A stretch of DNA of 64,000 nt from Alphaproteobacteria bacterium (lineage in GTDB: Bacteria > Pseudomonadota > Alphaproteobacteria > JAAXGF01). The position numbers and the translations under genes are program-made. Shown piece by piece: positions 32,940 through 43,479 of this stretch. The number at the start of each line of letters is the position of its first letter. The first letter of the stretch is position 1. The stretch spans positions 640,001-704,000 of the forward strand of contig CAUVXB020000001.1 in NCBI GenBank assembly GCA_963555825.3, given 5' to 3'. Under the pieces are notes generated by a model. It was not told where the DNA came from and did not search any database. It saw only the letters and a list, made by a program, of their open reading frames with translations.

Positions 32940-33647
32940 ATGGGCGATAGAGACAAGAAGCTTCCATCGAAGTCATCGAGCGGCGAGGTCGACGCCTTCA
33001 TCGAGCGCCTCGCAGCAACGCCCGCGCTGCGTCCGGCGGGCAGCCGCGGGCGCTTGCTCTTCGCGATGGACGCGACTGCCAGCCGGGAGCCGACCTGGGA
33101 CCGCGCCTGCCAGATCCAGGGCGAGATGTTCGAGGCGACGGCGGCGCTCGGCGGTCTCGAAATTCAGCTCGCCTATTATCGGGGTTTCGGCCAGTTCAGG
33201 CATTCCAAGTGGCTGGCCGATTCGACGTCGCTGGTTAACCACATGACCGGCGTGCGTTGCCTCGGCGGCCTGACGCAGATCCGCAAGGTGCTGCGCCACG
33301 CGATCAAGGAAACCGGGCGGCAGAAGGTCGACGCCGTGGTCTTCGTCGGCGACTACGTCGAGGAGGATGTCGACGAAATCTGCCATCATGCCGGCGAACT
33401 CGGCCTCTTGGGCGTGCCCGCCTTCGTCTTCCACGAAGGCGGCGAGCCGCATGCCGCGAGCGCGTTTCGTCAGATCGCCCGGCTAACCAACGGCGCATAC
33501 TGCCCGTTTGACGCCGCCAGCGCGCGCCAGCTCAAGGAGCTGTTGAGCGCGGTCGCCGTCTATGCCGCGGGCGGCCGACGCGCGCTCGAAGACTACAGCA
33601 AACGGACCGGCGGTTCGGTGCCGCTGCTCGTCAGCCAAGTGAAATAG
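32940..33647 (+). CDS. VWA domain-containing protein
   Basis: FAMDATAS MIDAS-like motif, TQI, VFVGD, FRQIARLTNG. Confidence 0.85.
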   Translation: MGDRDKKLPSKSSSGEVDAFIERLAATPALRPAGSRGRLLFAMDATASREPTWDRACQIQGEMFEATAALGGLEIQLAYYRGFGQFRHSKWLADSTSLVNHMTGVRCLGGLTQIRKVLRHAIKETGRQKVDAVVFVGDYVEEDVDEICHHAGELGLLGVPAFVFHEGGEPHAASAFRQIARLTNGAYCPFDAASARQLKELLSAVAVYAAGGRRALEDYSKRTGGSVPLLVSQVK

Positions 33648-33658
33648 GGCGCGCGACG

Positions 33659-34393
33659 ATGCCGATCGGCTATCTGCTGCTGGGCTTCGCGCTCCTCGCG
33701 GGCCTGGTGCTGCTCGCGCGCTGGTTCGTCCGAGCCGACCCGAAGACGCTGGTGACCGTCGTCAAATGGGTCGGTACCGTGCTCGCCGCGCTGATCGCGA
33801 TGTTCCTGGTGGTCAGGGGACAAGCGCCGTTCGCCTTCGCGCTCGCCGTTGGCGCGTTGATGATGTGGCGCCGAATGCGCCGCCTCAGCTCGCTCGGCGG
33901 CATGTTCGGCGGTGCTTTTGGGCCACGCGGCGGCAGCGCCAAGCCGGGCCAGAGTTCCGACGTCGAGACCGGGTATCTGCGCATGTCGCTCGATCACGAC
34001 TCGGGTGAAATGGACGGCACCGTGCTGCAGGGCGCCTTCGAGGGGCGGACGCTGTCGGGTCTCAAACTCGACGAATTGCTCGATCTGCTCGCCGAATGCG
34101 CCCGCGCCGACGAACAATCGGCGCGCCTCGTCGAGGCCTACCTCGATCGAGCCGGCCACGACGACTGGCGCGAGCGGATGAATGCGCGACACGGCGCGCG
34201 AGGCGCGGCGGGGAAGGCCGACATGACGCCCGACGAGGCGCGCGAAATCCTCGGCGTCGGGCGCGAGGCGACGTCCGAGGAGATCAAGGACGCACACCGG
34301 CGGTTGATGCAAAAGAACCACCCCGATCGCGGTGGCTCGACGTTCCTCGCCGCGCAGATCAATCTCGCCAAGGAAGTGCTGCTCGGCGCCTGA
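33659..34393 (+). CDS. Membrane-anchored DnaJ-domain protein
   Basis: N-terminal TM helices; C-terminal short J domain EAREILGV...AHRRLM..NHPDRGGS. Confidence 0.9.
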   Translation: MPIGYLLLGFALLAGLVLLARWFVRADPKTLVTVVKWVGTVLAALIAMFLVVRGQAPFAFALAVGALMMWRRMRRLSSLGGMFGGAFGPRGGSAKPGQSSDVETGYLRMSLDHDSGEMDGTVLQGAFEGRTLSGLKLDELLDLLAECARADEQSARLVEAYLDRAGHDDWRERMNARHGARGAAGKADMTPDEAREILGVGREATSEEIKDAHRRLMQKNHPDRGGSTFLAAQINLAKEVLLGA

Positions 34394-34517
34394 CCGAACA
34401 CATGACGGAATTCCGTCCGGCGCGATGACGCGTCTGTCCATGGTGGGAAATCCGGGCTAGTATCCGCCGCCGCGGCCAAGGCGGGCCGGGTTTGGGAGCG
34501 TGGGGGTCCAAGGATCG

Positions 34518-35399
34518 ATGTCTCGAGGCGTTCGAAAAGCGGTTTTCCCGGTCGGCGGGCTTGGCACCCGGTTTCTGCCGGCGACCAAGGCGATGCCGAA
34601 GGAGATGTTGACCGTGGTCGACAAGCCCTTGATCCAGTATGCGGTCGAAGAGGCGTATGCCGCCGGCATCGAGGAGTTCATCTTCGTCACCGGCCGCGGC
34701 AAGAGCGCGATCGAGGACCATTTCGATTATTCCTACGAACTGCATCAGGCGCTGGTCGCACGCAACAAGACCGAAGAGATCGAGAAGCTCGCGGCGACCA
34801 TGCCCAAGCCCGGTCGCGTCGCCTATACGCGCCAGCAGGAGCCGCTCGGCCTGGGTCACGCCGTGTGGTGCGCGCACAACTTGGTCGACGACGAACCCTT
34901 CGCGGTGTTGCTTGCCGATGATTTGGTGCTGTCGGAGAAACCTTGCCTCGCCCAGCTCGTCGACGTCTTCAACGAGACGGGTGGGAACGTCGTCGCCGTG
35001 ATGGACGTGCCCGCCGACCAAACCGATCGTTACGGCATCATCGCCGTGGGCGAGGACGACGGCCGCGTCGTCGAAACAACCGGCATCGTCGAGAAGCCGG
35101 CGCCCGATGCGGCGCCGTCGACGCTCGCCGTGGTCGGCCGCTATATTCTCTCGCCCTCGGTGTTCGAACACCTGGGCCGTCAGGAAGTCGGCGCCGGCGG
35201 CGAAATCCAGCTGACCGACGCCCTCGCGTCGATGATCGGCGCGATGCCGTTTCACGGCCTGCGCTTCGAGGGGAAACGTTTCGACTGCGGCACCAAGGTC
35301 GGATTCTTGAATGCTAACGTCGCCTTCGCGCTTTCGCGAGACGATTTGCGCGACGATGTCACCGAGATGCTGCGTGGCCTCGTCGCCGACATCGGCTAA
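34518..35399 (+). CDS. galU: UTP--glucose-1-phosphate uridylyltransferase
   Basis: KAVFPVGGLGTRFLPATKAMPKEML, GLGHAV, GEIQLTDA. Confidence 0.95.
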   Translation: MSRGVRKAVFPVGGLGTRFLPATKAMPKEMLTVVDKPLIQYAVEEAYAAGIEEFIFVTGRGKSAIEDHFDYSYELHQALVARNKTEEIEKLAATMPKPGRVAYTRQQEPLGLGHAVWCAHNLVDDEPFAVLLADDLVLSEKPCLAQLVDVFNETGGNVVAVMDVPADQTDRYGIIAVGEDDGRVVETTGIVEKPAPDAAPSTLAVVGRYILSPSVFEHLGRQEVGAGGEIQLTDALASMIGAMPFHGLRFEGKRFDCGTKVGFLNANVAFALSRDDLRDDVTEMLRGLVADIG

Positions 35400-35424
35400 C
35401 ACGCGAATTTGAGGATAGATACAT

Positions 35425-36753
35425 ATGCGGATCGCGATGATTGGCGCAGGCTATGTCGGCCTCGTTTCGGGTGCTTGTTTCTCCGAGTTCGGCGTCGACG
35501 TCGTCTGCGTCGATAACGACGCAAACAAGATCGACCGATTGCGCGACGGTCACATTCCGATATATGAACCGGGTCTCGACGACCTCGTCGGCCGCAATGC
35601 GGCGGCCGGCCGCCTGACATTCGGTACCGATACGGCCGCCGCGGTACGCGGTGCCGACGCCGTATTCATCGCGGTCGGCACGCCGAGCCGCCGCGGCGAC
35701 GGCCACGCCGACCTGAGCTATGTCCATGCCGCCGCGCACGAGATCGCCCAATCGCTCAACGGCTATACGGTGATTGTCACCAAGTCGACGGTGCCGGTGG
35801 GGACCGGTCGCGAGGTCGCGCGCATCGTCCGCGAGACGCGCCCCGACGCCGATTTCGATGTCGCCTCGAACCCCGAGTTTCTGCGCGAGGGCTCGGCGAT
35901 CAACGACTTCATGCGCCCCGACCGCGTCGTCGTCGGCATCGAGTCCGAGCGTGCCCGCGAAGTATTGTCGTCGATATACCGGCCCCTGTTCCTGATCGAG
36001 ACGCCGGTGTTGTTCACCGGCCTCGAGACCGCCGAATTGATCAAATACGCCTGCAACGGCTTTCTCGCTACCAAGGTCACTTTCATCAATGAAATGGCGG
36101 ACCTATGCGAAAAAGTCGGCGCCGACGTCCATGACGTCGCCCGCGGCATCGGCCTCGACGGCCGCATCGGTCGCAAGTTCCTGCACCCGGGCCCGGGGTT
36201 CGGCGGCAGCTGCTTTCCCAAGGACACGCTGGCACTGGCGCGTACGGCGAGCGAATACGGCGCGCCGGCGCGCATCGTCGAGACCGTGATCGAGGTCAAC
36301 GAGGCGCGCAAGCGGCGCATGGCCGACAAGATCGTCGCGGCGTGCGGCGGCAGCGTCGCGGGCAAGACCGTCGGCGTGCTCGGCCTGACCTTCAAGCCGA
36401 ACACCGACGACATGCGCGAATCACCCAGTCTGGCGATCGTGCCGGCGCTGCAAGCGGCGGGCGCGACGATCCGCGCATTCGACCCCGTCGGCATGACCGA
36501 AGCCAAGCGCCTGCTCGACGATGTGGTGTGGTGCGAGGATGCCTACGATGCGGCGATGCGCGCCGACGCGCTGGTCATCGTTACCGAATGGAACGTGTTC
36601 CGCGCGCTCGATCTGGCGCGCATCAAGTCGATCATGTCGGCGCCGCTGCTGATCGATTTGCGCAACGTTTACGAACCGGATGACGTCGCGCGGGCCGGTT
36701 TTGATTACGTCTGCGTCGGGCGCGGCAAGCCACCGACCAAAGCCGGGGAGTAG
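35425..36753 (+). CDS. ugd: UDP-glucose 6-dehydrogenase
   Basis: [34 protein letters not shown]. Confidence 0.95.
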   Translation: MRIAMIGAGYVGLVSGACFSEFGVDVVCVDNDANKIDRLRDGHIPIYEPGLDDLVGRNAAAGRLTFGTDTAAAVRGADAVFIAVGTPSRRGDGHADLSYVHAAAHEIAQSLNGYTVIVTKSTVPVGTGREVARIVRETRPDADFDVASNPEFLREGSAINDFMRPDRVVVGIESERAREVLSSIYRPLFLIETPVLFTGLETAELIKYACNGFLATKVTFINEMADLCEKVGADVHDVARGIGLDGRIGRKFLHPGPGFGGSCFPKDTLALARTASEYGAPARIVETVIEVNEARKRRMADKIVAACGGSVAGKTVGVLGLTFKPNTDDMRESPSLAIVPALQAAGATIRAFDPVGMTEAKRLLDDVVWCEDAYDAAMRADALVIVTEWNVFRALDLARIKSIMSAPLLIDLRNVYEPDDVARAGFDYVCVGRGKPPTKAGE

Positions 36754-36758
36754 GCTCG

Positions 36759-38147
36759 TTGGCGAGCGGCCACGTCTTGGATGCGACGATCCTGCGCGAG
36801 TACGATATCAGGGGCATCGTCGACAGAACTTTGACCGAAGCCGACGCGACGGCCATCGGACGCGCCTTCGCGAGCATCGTCCTCGGCCGGGGCGGCGGTC
36901 GACGCATCTGCGTCGGCTATGACGGCCGGGTCTCGTCGCCCAGGCTCGAAGGCGCGCTGGTCGACGGGCTGACCGGCGCCGGGATCGAGGTGCTGCGTGT
37001 CGGGCTGGGTCCGACGCCGATGCTCTACTACGCGGTGTTCCACCATGACGCGGATGGCGGCGTCATGATCACCGGCTCGCACAATCCGCCCGACCAGAAC
37101 GGCTTCAAGTTGATGATCGGCAAGGCCGCGTTCTATGGCGCCGACATCGTCGAGCTCGGCCAAGTGGCGGCTGATGGTGCGTTTGCCGAGGGAGCGGGTT
37201 CGGCGCGCGACACGCCGGTATTCGACGACTACGTCGCGCGGCTCGCCGAGGGTGTCGCCGGGCAGGGTCGCGAACTCAAGGTCGCATGGGACGCGGGCAA
37301 CGGCGCGGCGGGCGAGGCGATGGCGGCGTTGACCGCGCGGTTGCCGGGGACCCATATCCTGCTCAATGAGCGTATCGACGGCGCCTTTCCGGCCCATCAT
37401 CCCGATCCGACGGTCGCCGAGAATCTGGTGCAGCTGATCGATACGGTGCGCGCCGAGGGCTGCGACCTCGGCATCGGCTTCGACGGCGACGGTGATCGCA
37501 TCGGCGTGGTCGACGGGTGCGGCCGCATCGTCTGGGGCGACCAGTTGCTGGCGCTGCTTTCGGCCGACGTGCTCGCCCGGCGGCCGGGCGCGACGATCAT
37601 TGCGGACGTCAAGGCGAGCCAGGTTCTGTTCGACGAGATCGCGCGGCTCGGCGGCACACCGTTGATGTGGCGCACCGGCCATTCGCTGATCAAGTCCAAG
37701 ATGACCGAGGTCGGGGCGCCGCTGGCCGGCGAGATGAGCGGCCACATCTTCTTCGCCGACGACTACTACGGTTTCGATGACGCGCTCTATGCCGCGGTCA
37801 GGCTACTCGGCCTGGTCGCGCGATCGGACGAGAGTCTGGACCAACTGCGCGACCGCCTGCCGGATGCCGTGAACACGCCCGAGCTGCGTTTCGATTGCGC
37901 CGATGAACGCAAGTTCGCGGTCGTCGACGAGGTGCGCGCGCGGCTGACCGACGAGGGCGCCGATGTCGTCGATATCGATGGCGTGCGCGTGCGTACCGAC
38001 GACGGCTGGTGGCTGCTGCGCGCGTCGAATACTCAAGCGATGTTGGTGGCGCGCTGCGAGGCGGCGGACGAGGTCGGTCTGGCGCGGCTCAAATCGGACC
38101 TCGCCGGGCGCCTTGCCGCCTGCGGCGTGGTCCCGCCGGCGTTCTGA
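36759..38147 (+). CDS. pgmG: Phosphoglucomutase/phosphomannomutase
   Basis: REYDIRG, TGSHNP, FDGDGDR, GEMSGH, RASNT; TTG start. Confidence 0.92.
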   Translation: MASGHVLDATILREYDIRGIVDRTLTEADATAIGRAFASIVLGRGGGRRICVGYDGRVSSPRLEGALVDGLTGAGIEVLRVGLGPTPMLYYAVFHHDADGGVMITGSHNPPDQNGFKLMIGKAAFYGADIVELGQVAADGAFAEGAGSARDTPVFDDYVARLAEGVAGQGRELKVAWDAGNGAAGEAMAALTARLPGTHILLNERIDGAFPAHHPDPTVAENLVQLIDTVRAEGCDLGIGFDGDGDRIGVVDGCGRIVWGDQLLALLSADVLARRPGATIIADVKASQVLFDEIARLGGTPLMWRTGHSLIKSKMTEVGAPLAGEMSGHIFFADDYYGFDDALYAAVRLLGLVARSDESLDQLRDRLPDAVNTPELRFDCADERKFAVVDEVRARLTDEGADVVDIDGVRVRTDDGWWLLRASNTQAMLVARCEAADEVGLARLKSDLAGRLAACGVVPPAF

Positions 38148-38154
38148 GCGGGCC

Positions 38155-38778
38155 TCAACCGGCGGCGGCCTCGGAGATTTCCATGAATCCGCGGAAGACC
38201 ATGTCGCCGGCCACATAGCCGACGATGAGCAGCCCGACATACGCTATCCAGTGATGGCGTTCGAGAAGCTTGGCGATGTAGTTCGAGGCGACCGCCATCA
38301 GGGCGATCGACAGCGTCAGGCCGAAGATCAGAATACCGATGTGGTCACGCGCCGCGCCGGCCACCGCCAGCACGTTGTCGAGCGACATCGATACGTCGGC
38401 GACGACGATGGCGATCATCGCCTGACGCAGCGTCTTTACGTTACACGTCTTGCCCGATGCATCGTCGTCCGCGCCAGCACTTTGCATATGGCCGGCGCGG
38501 AGCTCGCGCCACATCTTCCAGCAGACCCAGGCGAGCAGCAGCCCGCCCGCCAGCGTCAGGCCGATGACCGCCAACAGATGAACGGTGATCGTCGCGAACA
38601 GGATGCGGAGTACGGTCGCCGCGCCGATGCCGACGATAATCGCGCGCCGCCGCAGTTCCGGCGGCAGGCCGGCCGCGGCCATGCCGATGATGATGGCATT
38701 GTCGCCGGACATGACGATGTCGATGACGATGACTGAGCCAAGCGCCGCCAGCTCCGGGCCGGTGAGAAACTGCCACAC
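38155..38778 (-). CDS. TerC/YjbE family membrane protein
   Basis: DIVMSGDNA, ADVSMSLDNVLAVAG. Confidence 0.92.
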   Translation of the reverse strand: MWQFLTGPELAALGSVIVIDIVMSGDNAIIIGMAAAGLPPELRRRAIIVGIGAATVLRILFATITVHLLAVIGLTLAGGLLLAWVCWKMWRELRAGHMQSAGADDDASGKTCNVKTLRQAMIAIVVADVSMSLDNVLAVAGAARDHIGILIFGLTLSIALMAVASNYIAKLLERHHWIAYVGLLIVGYVAGDMVFRGFMEISEAAAG

Positions 38779-38879
38779 GCGCGAACGCCGCCCCCTGAAA
38801 TCGCTCCCGCTCTTAGATAAGCGGCGCGGCGCGGCAGCACAAGTCCGCAGTGATCGCCCCGGCTTTGCCGGACATTCCG

Positions 38880-38895
38880 TTAATGCTAGGTTAAC
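38880..38895. promoter_or_regulatory. CtrA-type box TTAA-N7-TTAAC in a divergent promoter
   Basis: ttaa tgctagg ttaac, inside the inverted repeat ccgttaa-N7-ttaacgg. Confidence 0.5.
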
Positions 38896-38924
38896 GGCCG
38901 ACGAAACCCCGACGACGGTCGATC

Positions 38925-40121
38925 ATGTCTGATGCCCGCGCCGCTGCATTGCCGCGCGCCACGCTCGATCTCGGCGAGACCTTTGCCGAGATTCGCGCGC
39001 CTTTGCGCGCGTTGTGCGCCGAGTACCCGGGCGCCTATTGGCGTGAACTCGACCGCGACCGCGCCTATCCGGAGGCCTTCGTTGCCGCGTTGACCGAGGC
39101 CGGCTATCTCGCGGCGCTGATCCCCGAGGAATTCGGCGGCAGCGGCCTCGGCATCGACGCCGGCGTGGCGATCCTCGAGGAGATTCAGAAGGCCGGCTGC
39201 AACGCCGCCGCCTGCCACGCCCAGATGTACACCATGGGCACGCTGCTCAAGCACGGCTCGGACGCGCAGAAGGCGGCCTATCTGCCAAAGATCGCGTCGG
39301 GCGCGCTGCGCCTGCAGGCCTTCGGCGTGACCGAGCCCGAATGTGGTACCGACACGACGCGGCTGCGCACCACCGCCGAGCGGCGCGGCGACGGCTATGT
39401 GATCAATGGTCAAAAGGTGTTCATCTCGCGTAGCGAACACTCGGATTTGATGTTGCTCCTGGCACGCACCAGCCCGCTCGATGAGACGGCCAGGCGCGGT
39501 GACGGCCTCTCGGTGTTCCTCGTCGACATGCGCGACGCGGTGGGCAAAGGCCTGACCATCCGGCCGCTGCGCACTATGCTCAATCACGCGACCACCGAGC
39601 TGTTCTTCGATGATCTTCGGATTCCCGCCGACAGCCTGATAGGCGAGGCGGGCAGGGGTTTCGGCTATATCCTTGACGGCATGAATGCCGAACGCATCCT
39701 AATCGCCGCCGAATGCATTGGCGACGCCCGCTGGTTTATCGCCAAGGCGACGGATTACGCGCGCGAGCGCCGCGTCTTCGACCGCCCGATCGGCCAAAAC
39801 CAGGGCATCCAGTTCCCCATCGCGCGCGCCTACGCTGCGACCGAGGCGGCGGACCTGATGGTGCGCAAGGCGGCGGCGCTGTTCGACGCCGGCGAGGCTT
39901 GCGGATCCGAAGCCAATATGGCGAAGCTGTTGGCCGCCGACGCCTCATGGGCGGCGGCCGACATGTGCCTGCAGACGCACGGTGGCTTTGGCTTCGCAGA
40001 GGACTACGACGTCGAACGCAAGTTCCGCGAGACGCGGCTCTACCAGGTCGCGCCGATCTCGACCAATCTGATCCTCGCCTATCTCGGCGAGCATGTCCTC
40101 GACCTGCCGCGCTCGTATTAG
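38925..40121 (+). CDS. Acyl-CoA dehydrogenase
   Basis: FGVTEP..GTDT, NGQKVFISR, THGGFGF, RETRLYQVAPISTN. Confidence 0.93.
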   Translation: MSDARAAALPRATLDLGETFAEIRAPLRALCAEYPGAYWRELDRDRAYPEAFVAALTEAGYLAALIPEEFGGSGLGIDAGVAILEEIQKAGCNAAACHAQMYTMGTLLKHGSDAQKAAYLPKIASGALRLQAFGVTEPECGTDTTRLRTTAERRGDGYVINGQKVFISRSEHSDLMLLLARTSPLDETARRGDGLSVFLVDMRDAVGKGLTIRPLRTMLNHATTELFFDDLRIPADSLIGEAGRGFGYILDGMNAERILIAAECIGDARWFIAKATDYARERRVFDRPIGQNQGIQFPIARAYAATEAADLMVRKAAALFDAGEACGSEANMAKLLAADASWAAADMCLQTHGGFGFAEDYDVERKFRETRLYQVAPISTNLILAYLGEHVLDLPRSY

Positions 40122-40250
40122 AACGCGGATTCATGTACGCGCGGCAAGACGCCGGTCGAAGCGGCAGCTCCCGGGGGGTGCGCTCGGATAACCGCTTCCT
40201 GCTCATAAGCGGACACCGCGCGATTTCCCCGCCGATGTCCGCAGGTGACC

Positions 40251-41935
40251 CAGCCTGTGTGAAAACGTCGATGGTGTTATGATTCTCTTGTGCTTTGGCG
40301 GGAGGGTCTGATGAAGCGTTTTGTGGAGGGTGTCGATCGCAGCCAGGGCACGTTGTTTCCCGAGCGCCTGGAAGACTGGATCGGCGACGACAACCCGGTT
40401 CGGGCGATCGACGTCTTCGTCGATGAGCTCGATCTTGGGGGTCTCGGCTTTAACCGGGTCGCGCCGCTGGCGACCGGCAGGCCGGCCTATCATCCTTGCG
40501 ATTTGTTGAAGCTCTACATCTACGGCTATCTCAACCGGGTTCAGTCGAGCCGTCGGCTCGAGAGGGAGGCCGGGCGCAATGTGGAAGTGATGTGGCTGGT
40601 CGGCCGGCTGGCGCCGGATCACAAGACGATCGCCGACTTCCGCAAGGACAACGGCGGAGCGATCCGCAAGGTCTGCGCCCGGTTCGTCGCCCTGTGCCGG
40701 CAACTGGGGCTGTTCGCCGAGGCGAGCATGGCGATCGACGGCAGTAAGTTCAAGGCGGTCAACAGCCGGGACAGGAACTTCACGCGGGCCAAGATGGCGC
40801 GGCGGGTGGCGCAGATCGAGGCGAGCGTTGCGCGCTATCTGGACCAGTTGGACAGCGCCGACCGGCAAGAGCCGTCGCTGGCGCGGACGACCAAGACGAC
40901 TCGTCTGGCCGACAAGATTGCGATCCTCAAGCAGGAGATGCGGCGCCTGAAGGCGCTTGAAGTCGAGAGGCGTGCGAGCCCGGACCAGCAGGTCTCTCTG
41001 AGCGATCCCGATGCCCGCTCGATGGCGACGAGCGGCCGGGGTTCCGGCGTGGTGGGCTACAACGTTCAGGCCGCCGTCGACACCAAGCATCACCTGATCG
41101 TCGCCCACGAGGTGACCAATCAGGGCACTGACCGCGCGCAACTCTCAGCCATGGCCAAGCAGACCAAGGCCGCTCTGGAGACCGACGAGCTGGATGTCGT
41201 TGCCGATCGCGGCTACTACAACGGCAAGGAGATTCTGGCCTGCGATCAGGCCGGCATCACCGTCACGTTGCCTAAGCCGCTGACCTCTGGAGCCAAGGCC
41301 AAGGGCCGCTTCGGCAAACAGGACTTCGTCTATCTGGCCGCCGACGATGTCTATCGCTGCCCGGCCGGCGAGCGTTTGGTCTACCGCTTCACCAGCCAGG
41401 AGAGGGGGCTGAGCATGCGGCGCTACTGGACCAACGCCTGTCAGGGATGCGCCATCAAGCATCGCTGCACCACGGCCAAGCAGCGCCGGATCACCCGTTG
41501 GCAGCACGAACACATTCTCGAGGCCGTCGAGAGGCGGCTCGACGAGCACCCGGAGGCGATGCGTCGGCGGCGCGAGACGGCCGAGCATCCCTTCGGCACC
41601 CTCAAGGCCTGGATGGGCGCGACGCACTTTCAGATGAAGACGCTGAAGCGGGTGAGGACCGAGATGGCCTTGCACGTGCTGGCCTACAATCTGACCCGGG
41701 TCATGAGCATCATTGGCATCCGTCCGCTCATGGCGGCGATCAGGACGGCATAGGCGCCCCTGCGCCGACAATTACGCCCATACCCGGCCACATCGCGGCT
41801 CACAACGGCGCCAGCCGGCCGAAAAGCCCGCACGAGCGGCGAAAATCCATAATCCCGGAAAACACGTCCCGACTGATCATCCAAACCCAAAGACGCGCCA
41901 CACAGAAATAGCAGCAAACGTTCTCACACAGGCTG
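40251..41935 (+). mobile_element. IS1182 family insertion sequence
   Basis: IRs cagcctgtgtgaaaacg / cgttctcacacaggctg (16/17); 4-bp duplication gacc at 40247-40250 and 41936-41939. Confidence 0.9.
40311..41753 (+). CDS. IS1182 family transposase
   Basis: GRPAYHP, SSRRLERE, PDHKTIADFR, GYNVQ, ADRGY, EHPFGTLK. Confidence 0.93.
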   Translation: MKRFVEGVDRSQGTLFPERLEDWIGDDNPVRAIDVFVDELDLGGLGFNRVAPLATGRPAYHPCDLLKLYIYGYLNRVQSSRRLEREAGRNVEVMWLVGRLAPDHKTIADFRKDNGGAIRKVCARFVALCRQLGLFAEASMAIDGSKFKAVNSRDRNFTRAKMARRVAQIEASVARYLDQLDSADRQEPSLARTTKTTRLADKIAILKQEMRRLKALEVERRASPDQQVSLSDPDARSMATSGRGSGVVGYNVQAAVDTKHHLIVAHEVTNQGTDRAQLSAMAKQTKAALETDELDVVADRGYYNGKEILACDQAGITVTLPKPLTSGAKAKGRFGKQDFVYLAADDVYRCPAGERLVYRFTSQERGLSMRRYWTNACQGCAIKHRCTTAKQRRITRWQHEHILEAVERRLDEHPEAMRRRRETAEHPFGTLKAWMGATHFQMKTLKRVRTEMALHVLAYNLTRVMSIIGIRPLMAAIRTA

Positions 41936-42034
41936 GACCCGAAGCGGACATTGGCGCAACTCAACTCCTGCGGACTTTTAGCCCGCGCGTGAGTCGGACC
42001 CGATTTCCTTGGACACAGAATTGGCTTAATCGAA

Positions 42035-42466
42035 GTGTCCAAGGAGGACCGGAACATGACCGACAATTTTGAGAACAAAGTTGCTGTTGATGGGCCTGTG
42101 GTAAACGAGGGCGAGCTTGGCTCGTCCACGTTTTCCCCGGGCCAGGTTTCGCCGGCAGGCCCGCTGGGACTTGGCCAGCGGTGGACGGTGACGCGCAAGC
42201 GTGAGGTTGCCCTGCGGCTTTTGCGTGGCGAGCCGGTGGAACTTTTGTCGCGGCAGTTGGGCGTGGAGATTTTCCGGCTCGAGCAGTGGCGTGAGAAGGC
42301 GATCGCCGGGATCGATGCCTCGCTCAAGGAACGCAAGGGCGATCCGGTGAAGGCGGAACTGGACATCGCCATGAAGCGGATCGGGGAGTTGATCATGCAG
42401 GTGGAACTGCTGGAGGCCAAGACGGAGACGTCCGGCCCTTTGGGGCGGCGGAGGTCGCGGCGATGA
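42035..42466 (+). CDS. IS OrfA, copy 2
   Basis: Translation identical to 9715..10146. Confidence 0.8.
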   Translation: MSKEDRNMTDNFENKVAVDGPVVNEGELGSSTFSPGQVSPAGPLGLGQRWTVTRKREVALRLLRGEPVELLSRQLGVEIFRLEQWREKAIAGIDASLKERKGDPVKAELDIAMKRIGELIMQVELLEAKTETSGPLGRRRSRR

Positions 42467-43374
42467 GTGCCGCCACCTCTCCCGGCACGGGTTTGGCCTA
42501 CGGCCTCCAGCGGGTCTGTGCGGCCTGGGGTTTTGCCCGTTCCTCGTTCTACGCCATGAAATCCCGGCAGCAGGCCACCGCTGAGCGCCCACCAGCAAAG
42601 CGCCGGGGACCGAAGCCCTCGATCTCGGACGAGGCTCTGCTGGTGGCCATCGAGGCCGACCTGGAGGCATCCCCCTGGGAGGGCGAGGGACACCGCAAGG
42701 TCTGGGCTCGGCTTCGGGTCTGTCGTGGCATCCGTGTTTCCCGCAAGCGGGGGCTCCGGGTGATGCGCGAGAACAACCTGCTCTCGCCCCATCGCTGCCG
42801 CCGCCGTGGCGGAAATCCCCATGTCGGTGAGATCATCACCCATGCCCCCAACCTCATGTGGGGCACGGACGGCGTTCGGGTGTTCACGGTGGACGACGGC
42901 TGGGGCTGGATATTCACCGCCATCGAGCATTGGAACGCCGAGTGCGTCGGCTGGCATGTGTGCAAGCGAGGCGACCGCTTCGCCGCCCTTCAGCCGATCT
43001 CCATGGGGCTTGCGAGGCTGTATGCCTCGACCTCCGCCGGTGCGGCGCGGGGGCTGGCCTTGCGGATGGATCACGGCTCCCAGTATCTGTCGGACCACTT
43101 CACCAACCAGATCAAGTTCTGGGGCATCCAGCCGTCCTACGCCTTCGTCGAACAGCCCCAGACCAACGGCGTCGCCGAGAGGTTCAATCGCACGCTCAAG
43201 GAACAGATCATCCATGGCCGCATCTACCGCAACATCGCGGAGCTGCGGAACGCCGTCCGCGGGTTCGTCGAACAGTACAATGCCCAGTGGATCGTGGAGA
43301 AGAACGGCTACCTGAGCCCCGCTCAAGCTCGTCAGGCGTGGCACACCGCGATGTCACTCAGGCCCGCCGCATGA
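42463..43374 (+). CDS. IS OrfB DDE transposase, copy 2
   Basis: Translation identical to 10143..11054. Confidence 0.92.
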   Translation: MSAATSPGTGLAYGLQRVCAAWGFARSSFYAMKSRQQATAERPPAKRRGPKPSISDEALLVAIEADLEASPWEGEGHRKVWARLRVCRGIRVSRKRGLRVMRENNLLSPHRCRRRGGNPHVGEIITHAPNLMWGTDGVRVFTVDDGWGWIFTAIEHWNAECVGWHVCKRGDRFAALQPISMGLARLYASTSAGAARGLALRMDHGSQYLSDHFTNQIKFWGIQPSYAFVEQPQTNGVAERFNRTLKEQIIHGRIYRNIAELRNAVRGFVEQYNAQWIVEKNGYLSPAQARQAWHTAMSLRPAA

Positions 43375-43479
43375 GACAAACTTGTGTCCAAGGAACCGGG
43401 TGCGATACACTTTTAGCCCGCGCGGTTCCACCACCGGCCTGGGGCTTTCGTGCGTGGGTGAGGTGAAGACCGTGAAACT

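Larger units (their letters stand above)
41990..43409 (+). mobile_element. IS3-like element, copy 2 (1420 bp)
   Basis: Same ends and ORFs as copy 1; 15-bp duplication cttttagcccgcgcg at 41975-41989 and 43410-43424. Confidence 0.93.
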
